Program-made: the position numbers and the translations under genes
Assembly (NCBI GenBank): GCA_977017575.1
Contig: CDRNVI010000177.1
Location: 248,001-312,000 of the forward strand
From: Paramoeba atlantica
Taxonomy: Eukaryota > Protista > Discosea
Reading direction: 5' to 3'
DNA: 64,000 nt
Shown: piece by piece, positions 53,801 through 64,000 of the stretch
Position numbering within the stretch: the first letter of the stretch is position 1
Layout: every line of letters begins with the position of its first letter
The notes under the pieces: generated by a model
What the model was told of the DNA's origin: nothing
The model's database searches: none
Seen by the model: only the letters and a program-made list of their open reading frames with translations

Positions 53801-55477
53801 ATGTATTCATTCTCCCTCCTCCACTTCAAATATGATTTTTTGGGGGGTCACCAAAATACATTCAAAAAGAGGAAAAATTTAAAAACAGCAGTTTGAAAAG
53901 TTTGAAATGACAAAAAAAGAAAGAAAACCTCAGAACAATCTTTGGAAGGTTGAGACAAAAATCCAAAAAGACAAAAAAAAAAAGGAAAGGAAAGAAAGAA
54001 AAACAAAAGAAACAAAAGAAACAAAAGAAACAAAAGAAACAAACCATGAAAAGTCAAAAAAAAACCAAAGGAAAAAGAGGAGATCCCTTGAATTCAACAA
54101 CCCAAACACAAACTTTTACCGAACAAAGTCTCTCTCTCTTTCTTTCTCTCTCTCTTTTCTCTCTTCTCTCTTCCTCCTTTTCCCCAAACAAAAAAAAAGC
54201 GTTGAGCCGCTGATTTAGATCCCTTAATTTTTCGGGAAAGAGAAAGGGCAAAAAGATGCTCTTTATCAGCTTGATAATTGGTTTTTTTTTTTCGTTTTTG
54301 CTTCACTTTTCTTCTCTCCTCTTCACCCTCTTCAGTTTTCTTCTTCCGACCTCTTCAGTTCCCCCTTCCTCTCTTTTTTTCCTTTCTTTCATTCTCTTTT
54401 CCACTCAATATGACCTCCATTGAGGGAGCTTCCAAACTGACTTGAACAACTGCCTTTTTCTGTGGGGTGGGTGATGGGGGGAGAGGGAGGAAAAGGAGGA
54501 GAGGGGGGGGTTAAAAGGGATGGTGGTAGAATCAACCACAAATATCATGATGATAATTTTTTGAGGAGGGGTGGGGGGTGGGGGGGGATGTTTCGTGGGA
54601 GGGGGAGGGGAGAGGGGCATTCTGGCTGATCAAGAAAAGAGGTTTTTTCCTCCTTCTCTTCTCTTTTTCCTTTTTCTCCCTTTTTTTGTTTTTTTGAGTT
54701 TTCCTTTTTTTTCTTTTCTTGGGTTTTCTTTTTTTCTTTTTTCTCCATCTGTTTTTTTTCTCCTTTTTTCTTTTCTTTCTTTTGTCTTTCCCTTTTTTTT
54801 TCTTGTTTTTTTTTTCTTTTTTTTCTCACTGCTGTTTTCCCCCTTTGTCTTTTCTCTCTCTTGAGGGTAATTCTTTTTTTTAGTTCCTCTCTTTTTCCCT
54901 TTTGTTTGTGAGATTGGAAGATTTCATCTGGGAGGACAATGTTTTTGTGTTTTTTTCATTTGGATTTTTCATACTCTCTGGATGTGAATCTGAAAATTTG
55001 AACCCAGAGAGTATGAAAAAAAATTACAAATACCCACAATCACAATGGAAAACAAAAAATGGAAGAGCAAGAGGGGGGGGTTCTTGGGGGGGGGGAGAGA
55101 GAATGGGAGAGGAGGGTGAGCAACACACAACCTCTGTTTTTTTGCTTCTCTTCTTCTTCTTCTCTCTCTTTCTCATTCTCTCCTTCTCTCCTCTCTCTCT
55201 CCTCTCCTCTTCTCTTTCTCTTTCTCTTCTGCTTTTTCTTTCTCTCTCTCTTCTCTCTTCTCTCTTTCTCTTCTCTCTTTCTATTATTTGTTAAAAAAGG
55301 CTTTTGGCAAACAACTATCTCCTTTCTTCTCTTGTTTTATTTGTTTCTTTTTCTTTTTTTTTTTTTCTTTTTTCTTTTTCTTTTTCTTTTTTTTCTTTTT
55401 CTTTTAACTTTTTCATTCTTCTCTCTCTTTCTCTCTCCCCTTTTCTCTCCCTCTCTCTTCTCTCTCTTCTCTTTCTA

Positions 55478-55620
55478 GTGATCTTTCTGACAATACTTTG
55501 AGAGGGCTGTTCCATTAGAAATTGAAAATCTTCATGTCCAAATCATGTTTTTTTTTTTTATTTTTTATTTTTTTATTTTGTTTTATTTTTATTTTTATTT
55601 TATTTTTATTTTTATTTTCA

Positions 55621-55651
<31 letters not shown>

Positions 55652-56320
55652 TTATTATTTTATTATTTTATTATTTTTTTTTTTCTTTCTTTTATTATTC
55701 TTTTAATAATTTTATCATATTTAATTCTTCTCTCTCTTTCTCCTTCTCTCCTTCTCTCCTTCTCTCCTTCTCTCCTTCTCTCCTCTCTCTCTCTTCTCCT
55801 CTTCTCTTTCTCTTTCTCTTCCGCTTTTTCTTTCTCTCTCTCTTCTCTCTTCTCTCTTCTCTCTATTATTTGTTAAAAAAGGCTTTTGGCGGACAACTAG
55901 CTCAGTGGGCAATGCCTGTTGAATTAATTTTGCACGACCCTCTGATCTTCTTCAAATGTTTTTCTTTTCTTTTTCTTTCTTTTTTTTCTTTTTTTTCTTC
56001 TGATTATTTTTTGGATAAATTATACTGTTCTGATGATTATTTTTCTTTTCTTTCTTTCTCTCTCTCTTTTCTCTCTCACTTTTCTCTCTCTCTCTCTTTT
56101 TCTTCTCTCCCTCTCCTCTCCTCTCTCTCTCTCTCTCTCTTCTCTCTCCCTTTCATAATATTTTTTTTTTTTATTTCTTTTCTTTCCCTCTTCTTTCTTT
56201 CTTTCTTTCTTTCCCTCTTCTTTCTTTCTTTTTTCTTTCTTTCTTCTTTCTTTCTTTTCTCTTTGTAGGTATTTCAGTAAGAATTCATTCACATGACCAC
56301 TCAACTCACGAATCTTGTTC
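55478..56320 (+). pseudogene. Leucine-rich-repeat gene remnant (short exons); paralogous fragment at 63525-63589
   Basis: DLSDNTLRG(T)VPLEIENLHV matches the LxxNxLxGxIP LRR pattern; a further exon reads FSKNSFT*PLN. Confidence 0.5.
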
Positions 56321-57148
56321 AAATGTATTTTTTTCTTTTTTTCTTTTTCTTTTTCTTTCTTTTTTCGTTCTCTTTTTCTTAAGATCAAAAACCTTTATTT
56401 TGTTGGGTGTTTTGTGATGTGTTTTTTTTCTTTTCTTTGTTTTTCTTTGTTTTTTTTTAATTGGAAAACTAATTTTTCTTTCTTTTCTTTTTTATTTTTC
56501 TGTTAGATGACAATATAACCAAAAAACAAGAAAGACAGAACAATTGAAGGGATTTTGTGGTGATGTTTTGGAGTTTTATGAACAAATTAAAAAGTCCTTT
56601 TGATTTGTTCAAACAACTCTTTTTTCTTCTTTGACATTTTTCAGCGATTTGGGACCCTCAAAGAATTGGAATGTCCCAGAAGATGATTCAATTCTTGGTA
56701 AGAGAGAGAAAGAGAGAGAGAGAGAGGAGCTGAGGAGTTAGGGAGTCAGGGAGACTTGAGATCCCACCAAATGAGGTTCTTTTTTTTCTTTTTTTTTCTT
56801 CTTTTTTCTTGTTTTTTTTCTTTCTTTTTTTTCTTCTCTTTTTTCTTTGTTTTTTCTCTTTTTTTTTTCTTTCTTTTTTTTTCTTCCTTCCTTTTCTTTT
56901 GTTTAATCTTTTATTTTAGAACAGAGACAAAAGTGTTCCACATTTTCCAATTCTTATCAGAAAAGAGTGGAATTACATTGAAAAGGGTTCTTTTCTTTGA
57001 TTGATCTGCTTTCAATCAGAGGTTTTTTCTTCTTTTCTTCCTGTTTCTTCCTTATCTTTCCCCTTTTTCTCCCTTTTTTACCTTTTTTCTTCTTATCTCT
57101 TTTGTTTTTCCCCCTCTTTTCCTCCTTTTTCTTTTTTTTAAAACAAGT

Positions 57149-57188
57149 GGTTCCATAGCTGGCAGAGCACCACCTTAGTAAGGTGGAG
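57149..57188 (+). pseudogene. Truncated tRNA-Thr pseudogene
   Basis: Copy of 50296-50340 with a 5-bp D-arm deletion, a CG->CA change and no T arm. Confidence 0.85.
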
Positions 57189-57699
57189 AATCTGAAAGTC
57201 AAACTTGCTCCTCTTTATACCTGCAATTTGGAAAAGGGACTTTGAAGTGCTCTGGTGGGAAAACACAAAAACTTTTGGTTGGGGAATCAAACAATATGAA
57301 GATGACACTGCTGTTGATAGGAAGGGGCCAACTTTTTTGTCAAACTTCCAAAGTTCCAAACTTTTCTATTGTAGAGCATTGCATGGGTTGGTTGTGCTCA
57401 GGGATGGCATTTTGTAATGGTTTCCCCTTGCTAAGTCAGTATCTTGTTGCTGGATCTTGAAAAATTACAGCTCCATTTCTCTACTAAAGATTATGGCTCA
57501 AAAGGTGGTTTACAGTCCTGTCATCATCAGGCAAAACCACTTCAGGAATTGTTCAAGCAATTTGAGAATGTTGAGGAGCATTTTATTTCAAGAGCCTGTG
57601 TTTAAAAGCACATAAGTTATCATAGAAACCAGTGATGATATGATGGCTTTTCTGAGTTTGATGACTTCACAAAAAAACAGAGTTTGAACATGGACATTG

Positions 57700-57772
57700 G
57701 CTTCCGTGGCTCAGTCAGTAGAGCGTCAGTCTCATAATCTGAAGGTTGTGAGTTCAATCCTCACCAGGAGCA
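57700..57772 (+). pseudogene. tRNA-Met (CAT) duplicate with four CpG transitions
   Basis: Differs from 50791-50863 only at TCGG->TCAG, GTCG->GTTG, TTCG->TTCA and CCGG->CCAG. Confidence 0.9.
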
Positions 57773-58789
57773 CTTTTTTTTTGTCTTTTGATTTTTTTTT
57801 TGAATCAGGGTGGAGTTTATTGACTTGTTTTCGATTTTTGACATTGAGAAAAGTTATGAAATTCATCAGGTTCAGTGAAAAGTACAAGTCAATGAAAACA
57901 CAGCAACACAATCTTCATCCACTTTCTTTTTTCAATTTTTACAGGTTTGAAATCATGTAATGGTGGAACTCAGAGCAGAGAAGATATGATCTCACCCAGA
58001 TACCCCATCTTCAACAAAAACAATTGGCAGCCCAGGATGCAACACTCAAGGAACACATCAGACTACAATTGAAGGTTTAAAGACTCAAATTTCAAAAACT
58101 GATGAGCCAAAGCAGAATATCACTCTGTTTGACAACAAGACAAGGGAGCTCTACAAACCAGTTTCTTGGCTGATTCATGATGATGTGACACCAGCAGGAA
58201 TGATCAAAGAACTTGATGAATAACAGGTGGAAATTTGTGTGAGGTTGCTTTCATGCATGAGGATATTCAAGAGCAGTTGAAAACCTGGCAAAAATCCCTG
58301 GGGAAATGGTGTCCAAAATCCCAACAGACATCTGGCAGTACATACAGAAGGATGGTGAACTGAAGGCTGGGAGCAGTTGCGACTGAGGAGCATCTTCAGG
58401 CAATGTCCAACATCCTACATATCATGAGAGCCATCCCAGGTGCCAAGGAAGATAAGACTCAATCTGACCAATTGCTTAAAACATTGATTGCACTTATAAC
58501 AATGTATTCCTTGAGGATGTGTGTGTTGTAATTACACAACTGTTGTCAGGAGAGAGGAGATAGCAAGAGCTCAATTGAGGAAGAAGTCTACAAGAGGAGT
58601 CAGAGAAGAGGATTGTGTGAAAGTGATGGGGCAGTCTGTTGCAACCACTTTGAAGCAAAGCCACCATTCAAGAAAAGAAGGTTTGCACACCAAACTGCTA
58701 CCTTTGTTGATTGTGGAAATTCCAAAGGGAGACAGTCCCCTTTTTTTAGGGGTCTAAAATAAATGACTTGTACTCTCTGAAGTGGAGAG

Positions 58790-60230
58790 TCAGAAAAGTC
58801 ACTTTTTCAGTGATTGACTTGGGCAATCAAAAATAACTGGAGAGGGACAATAAGAATTAACTAATTTTTTATAACAAGCCAGAGCAAAGTTGATCAAACA
58901 ATTATGTTGGTCTTTATCTTCATAGAAGGGGTGAGAGAGAGCAGCAAAAGTCTGTTTACACCAACCATACAGTGACTCAACTTTTCCTCTTACAAATGCA
59001 ATTGCTTCATTTTTCTCTTGATCCTCAGCACTCAATGAATGGGGAACTCTCTTTCCATGGATTATTCAAGGCCTTCCAGCGTTTGACTTGTTTGTGACCA
59101 ACACCAACTTATCGAAAAATTTTGTTGCTGCTCAAAAGTGGTTGTCTTTTTTTTTTTGAGACAGACTTTATTCAATTAGTAGTTCTTAATCTAAGCCATT
59201 TGAATTACATTAAATTATGTTTGTTTTTAACCTCTAACGAGAGGTGAAGTTTAACTTAGTTCAGTTGGTCTTTATGCTGAACTTTAGAACTTCTGCAAGT
59301 TCAGGCTGGAGAATGCACATCAGAAGGGAGAATAATCCAAAGCTCCTTCCAAGGGAATTTATCCTCAACTTTTTAGCAGACAGGGCTGAGATGTAACCTG
59401 TTCTGATTTTCACACTTCTTCAAGAGCTCCTCACTCCAATCAAATCACTCTACAGCACCAGAAAAATTTTCTATAATATTGAAAAACTGGGATTTGAACT
59501 CACCCCCCTGAGGTTGGACATAGTCGAATTTATGGCTAAACTATGGGCACCAACCCACTCGAAAGTGGTTGTCTGCAATGATGTGTGGTCCTAGAAAAGA
59601 GGTCATCAAGTCAATTCGCATAAAAAATAGTGATATCTCCATCAGATTCTTTTGGTGAATGGATCCCACTAACCCATTCAGCCCCACCTTTTGCATTGTG
59701 AAGTGTCACCCACCACCAACCAGGAGCTTTAAGTTTGTGTGAGTACCATTTTGCCCTCCACTTCTTGCAAACTGTTTGTTGGGCCCTTTAATTTTAAAAT
59801 CAGATGAATCCATCCATAAACAGTCAGATTGGCATGGTGGTGGTCATTCAGTTCTTTGGGCCATTCTCTGCAAATGAGAAAGGGTGCTTGGGACCAAGAT
59901 TGTTTTTGTCCACTTTAGCAACTCAAAGCAAACAACTTGAACTGTTGTGTTGGATTGCTTTTTGGCCCATTGGGAGCCAATTGTGCACCTTTTTTCAGAG
60001 TTTGCCCATCCCAACCGCAAATAGATCCTTGTACATTACAAGATGATACACAGACACAGCAAAACCAGAAGGTCTCTGTTCACTCCAAAGCTTTGGTTTT
60101 TGAGATTCCAAAAAATTTAGAATCTCCTTCAAAGTCTCTTCTCCCAGCTTCTCTTTCACAGCAAATATGATATCTTTCTTTCTCAACCCTTCAACCCCCA
60201 CCATTGGTGAAAGAGTACAATTCATTTTAT
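58790..60230 (-). mobile_element. ISL2EU/PIF-Harbinger-like (DDE_Tnp_4/IS5-type) transposase pseudogene interrupted by SINE copy 2
   Basis: CLWMDSSDFKIKG, WYSHKLKAPG, HSPKESDG, IIADNHF and VRGKVESLYGWCKQTFAAL, across frameshifts and stops. Confidence 0.75.
59147..59557 (-). mobile_element. tRNA-derived SINE copy 2 (CpG-eroded)
   Basis: Homologous to 16528-16949; TSD CTC(A/G)AAAGTGGTTGTCT at 59131-59147 and 59558-59574. Confidence 0.95.
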
Positions 60231-62013
60231 TTAGCTCTCTAAATTAAGGAATTATCTCCCAAAGAAAATTGTCAATTATTTCATTACAGTGAACAAAGCA
60301 TCTATTCTGTGGTCTCTCAAATAATCCTCAAAGAGTGTGTGGCTGTGTACAACAAAATTCCTCAATCTGGTTTTTTGACATCCTTGCACAGGACAATTTG
60401 GAGAGCAATAAAGGTGCAGAGTGTTTTGGAAACCCTGACCCCCCCCCAAACAGTCTGTGTCTGGTTGGTGTTTTACATTGTGTCAATCCCAAACTTGTTT
60501 CCTTTGAATTTTGGTATCAGAAAAGAGGTCTCATATATCCATGGAAAAGGAAAGGAGGAAGCTCCAAGCTTTGAAGAACTTCAGAGTGATTACCAACACT
60601 TTGAGTGGAGAGTTATTGGCCATAAAGAGGCAGATCTCTCAAATATCAACCTGTTGTCTTAAAGCACCCCATGTCCCACTTCAGTCTACAACAAGTCGCA
60701 GAAAGAGAGCCTTAAAAAGCTGGTGAAGGATTACAACTTTGCTGCTCTGAAAGAAGTATCTTCAATTCTGTCAAGAAGTGAAAGATAAGTTGGACCCAGA
60801 AGATTGAGTCAAATGTGAAGGAACTTGGAGATAATCTAAAGCTCCATATTCCCTTGCTGGATTCAATTAGTTGGGAGATGGTGACTGAGGCACTGTGGAC
60901 CCCCTCTTTATCTTAGATGGTCTTCAACAAGCACTTGGGGCAACTTGAAGAGGAGGAAGATGTTTTGGATGGCATGAGGTATTCGAAATTTGATACAAAG
61001 CGAAATTTTTGGATTTGGGGAAATGTGGTGGGAATTGGTCCCTTGTGATTTCCAACTTCCTTCTGGAATCCTGTTTTACCAATAATGTGACTTGTCCACA
61101 AAGCGCCAAGAATCCCCAATCAAGTTTACCAAGCCTGTGTGAGAAGGCTAAGGCTTTGAACTGATACAGGCTCTCAATACAATGTTCAATGTGGCTGAAG
61201 TGCTCAATAACTCTGAAGAAGACAAGGAGAAACACAACAAGCCTTTGAATTTGAGTGTGTTCTTTGTGCCACTCTGTGGGGTCACAAATAAAATTTTCAT
61301 TCTTATTTCTCTCAACAAAACAATTTGATTTTAAACAACAAAAAAAGAGGAGTGAGGGGGGGTGGGAACATCACCCACTCACTTGCTCTTTAAAATAATA
61401 AATTGATTTTTATTGAATCTAACAATTACTTTTTGAAAAGGCAACAATTTTTTTTTTTTTCCCCACCTCTCTCTCTCTTTTCTTTCTTGTCTTCACTTCA
61501 AATATGATTTTTTGGGGGGTCACCAAAATACATTCAAAAGAAAAAAAAATTAAAAACAGCAGTTTGAAAAGTTTGAAATGACAAAAAAAGAAAGAAAACC
61601 TCAGAACAATCTTTGGAAGGTTGAGACAAAAATCCAAAAAGACAAAAAAAAAAAGGAAAGGAGAAAGAAAAAAAAACAAAAAAAACAAAAGAAACAAAAG
61701 AAACAAACCATGAAAGGTCAAAAAAAAAACCAAAGGAAAAAGAGGAGATCCCTTGAATTCAACAACCCAAACACAAACTTTTATTGAACAAAGTCTCTCT
61801 CTCTTTCTTTCTTCTCTCTTTCTTTTCTCTCTTCTCTTCCTCCTTTTTCACAAAACAAAAAAAAAAGCGGTTGAGCCACTGATTTAGATTCCTTAATTTT
61901 TCAGAAAAGAGAAAGGCGAAAAGATGCTCTTTGTCCAGCTTGATAATTGGTTTTTTTTTTTTTGTTTTTTCCTCTTCAGTTTTCTTCTTCTGACCTCTTC
62001 AGTTCCCCCTTCC

Positions 62014-62439
62014 TTTTTTTTTTTTTTTTTTGAGGCAGACTTTATTCAATTAGTAGTTCTTAATCTAAGCCATTTGAATTACATTAAATTATGTTTGTTT
62101 TTAACCTCTAACAAGAGGTGAAGTTTTAAACTTCAGCTTAGTTCAGTTGGTCTTTATGCTGAACTTTAGAACTTCTGCAAGTTCAGGCTGGAGGATGCAC
62201 ATCAGAAGGGAGAATAATCCAAAGCTCCTTCCAAGGGAATTTATCCTCAACTTTTTAGCAGACAGGGCTGAGATGTAACCTGTTCTGATTTTCACACTTC
62301 TTCAAAAGCTCCTCACTCCAATCAAATCACTCTACAGCACCAGAAAAATTTTCTATAATATCGAAAAACTGGGATTTGAACTCGCCCCCCCGAGGTTGGA
62401 CAGAGTCGAATTTACGACTAAACTACGGGCACCAACCCA
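62014..62439 (-). mobile_element. tRNA-derived SINE copy 3
   Basis: TSD TCAGTTCCCCCTTCC at 61999-62013 and 62440-62454; the empty site is visible in the paralog near 54355-54369. Confidence 0.96.
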
Positions 62440-63639
62440 TCAGTTCCCCCTTCCTTTCTTTTTTCCTTTTTTTCATTCTCTTTTCCACTCAACGTGACCT
62501 CAGTTGAGGGAACTGACTTGAACAACTGCCTTTTTCTGTTCACACATTGGTGGGGTGTGGTGATGGGGGGAGAGGGGGTAAAAGGGGGGAATGCAAAGGG
62601 AGAAGGAAGGGGGAGGGAGGGGGGAGGGAGGGGGGAGGTTAAAAGGATGGTGGTAGTGTTCTGGCTGATCAAAAAGAGAGGTTTTTTCCTCCTTCTCCTT
62701 CTCTTTTCCTTTGCCTCCTTTTTTTGTTTTTTGTTTTTTTGAGTTTTCCTTTTTGTTTTTTGTTTTTAAGTTTTTCTTTTTTTTTCTTTCTTTTCTTGGG
62801 TTTCCTTTTTCTCCTTTTTTCTTTTCTTTCTTTTGTCTTTTCTTTTTTTTTTTCTTATTTTTTTTTTCTTTTTTTTCTCACTGCTGTTTTCCCCCTTTGT
62901 CTTTTCTCTCTTGAGGGTAATTCTTTTTTTGGTTCCTCTCTTTTCTTTCCTTTTTGTTCGTGAGATTGGAAGATTTCATCTGGAAAGACAATGTTTTTCT
63001 ATTTTTTTCATTTGGATTTTTCATACTTTCTGGATGTGAATCTGAAAATTTGAACCCAGAGAGTATGAAACAAAATTACAAATACCCACAATCACAATGG
63101 AAAACAAAAAATGGAAGAGCAAGAGGGGGGTTCTTAGGGGGGGAGAAAATGGGAGAGGAGGGTGAGCAACACACAACCTCTGTTTTTTTTGCTTTTCTTC
63201 TTCTTCTTCTCTTTCTTTTTCATTCTCTCCTTTTCTCCTCTCTCTCTCCTCTCTCTTTCTCTTCTGCTTTTTCTTTCTCTCTCTCTTCTCTCTTCTCTCT
63301 TTCTCTTCTTTCTTTCTATTATTTGTTAAAAAAGGCTTTTGGCAAACAATTATCTCCTTTCTTCTCTTGTTTTATTTGTTTCTTTTTCTTTCTTTTTTTT
63401 CTTTTTTCTTTTTCTTTTTCTTTTTTTTTTTTTCTTTTTCTTTTAACTTTTTCATTCTTCTCTCTCTTTCTCTCTCCCCTTTTCTCTCCCTCTCTCCATC
63501 TTTCTTCTCTCTCTTCTCTTTCTAGAGATCTTTCTGACAATACTTTGAGAGGGACTGTTCCATTAGAAATTGAAAATCTTCATGTCTAAATCATGTTTTT
63601 TTTTATTTTTTATTTTTTATTTTTTATTTTTTATTTTTT

Positions 63640-63672
<33 letters not shown>

Positions 63673-64000
63673 TTATTTTATTTTATTTTATTTTATTTTA
63701 TTTTTATTTTTATTTTATTTTATTATTTTATATTTTATTATTTTATTTTTTTTCTTTCTTTTATTATTCTTTTAATAATTTTATCATTTTCTTTCTTTTC
63801 TTTCTTTTCTTTCTTTTCTTTTCCTTTTTTTTCTTTTCCTTTCTTTTCTTCTTCTCTTCTCTTCTCTTTTCTTCTCTTCTCTTCTCTTCTCTTCTCTTCT
63901 CTTTTCTTCTCTTTTCTTTTCTTTTCTTTTCTTTTCTTTCTTTTCTAAAAGGTTTTTAGAAGCCAATCGACTGAAGGGAGAAAAAATTCTTGGATAAAAT

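Larger units (their letters stand above)
50290..55710 (+). repeat. Segmental duplication, copy X (paralogous to 57143-63790)
   Basis: Collinear blocks: tRNA-Thr..tRNA-Met (50290-50890 vs 57143-57800), 52840-53090 vs 57815-58050, and 53555-55710 vs 61250-63790. Confidence 0.92.
57143..63790 (+). repeat. Segmental duplication, copy Y (with additional insertions)
   Basis: See copy X; this copy carries the Harbinger-like element and two SINEs that are absent from X. Confidence 0.9.

Noticed and set aside
55887-55950. tRNA-like sequence (TAGCTCAGTGG)
   Set aside because: No anticodon or T arm and no B box.

Overview
AT-rich, low-complexity nuclear DNA of a microbial eukaryote. The ~2.1-kb 18S looks like a Paramoeba/Neoparamoeba-type amoebozoan; this is from recall and needs BLAST confirmation. 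The window holds one solitary rDNA unit (18S-5.8S-28S, 40304-47134), two identical dispersed 5S genes, tRNA genes (Lys, Gly, His, Thr, Met, plus decayed Thr and Met copies), an intact 3-unit polyubiquitin, an Hsp70 pseudogene and a PB1-domain gene with an internal stop. These sit among many mobile-element remnants: an RNase H-bearing L1-like element; a CRE-clade RT/REL retrotransposon whose tail abuts a 5S gene; two copies of a CxxH-type DDE (hAT-like) transposase, one with 20-bp TIRs; an intron-containing RAG1/Transib-like transposase tail-to-tail with an unknown gene; a piggyBac; an ISL2EU/Harbinger-like transposase; and three copies of a tRNA-derived SINE with 15-17 bp TSDs. A ~7-kb diverged segmental duplication occupies the right end. 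Duplicates and pseudogenes show a strong CpG->TpG/CpA mutation signature, implying CpG methylation. Several structured non-coding elements remain unexplained. Most short ORFs in the supplied track are artefacts of purine/pyrimidine microsatellite tracts.
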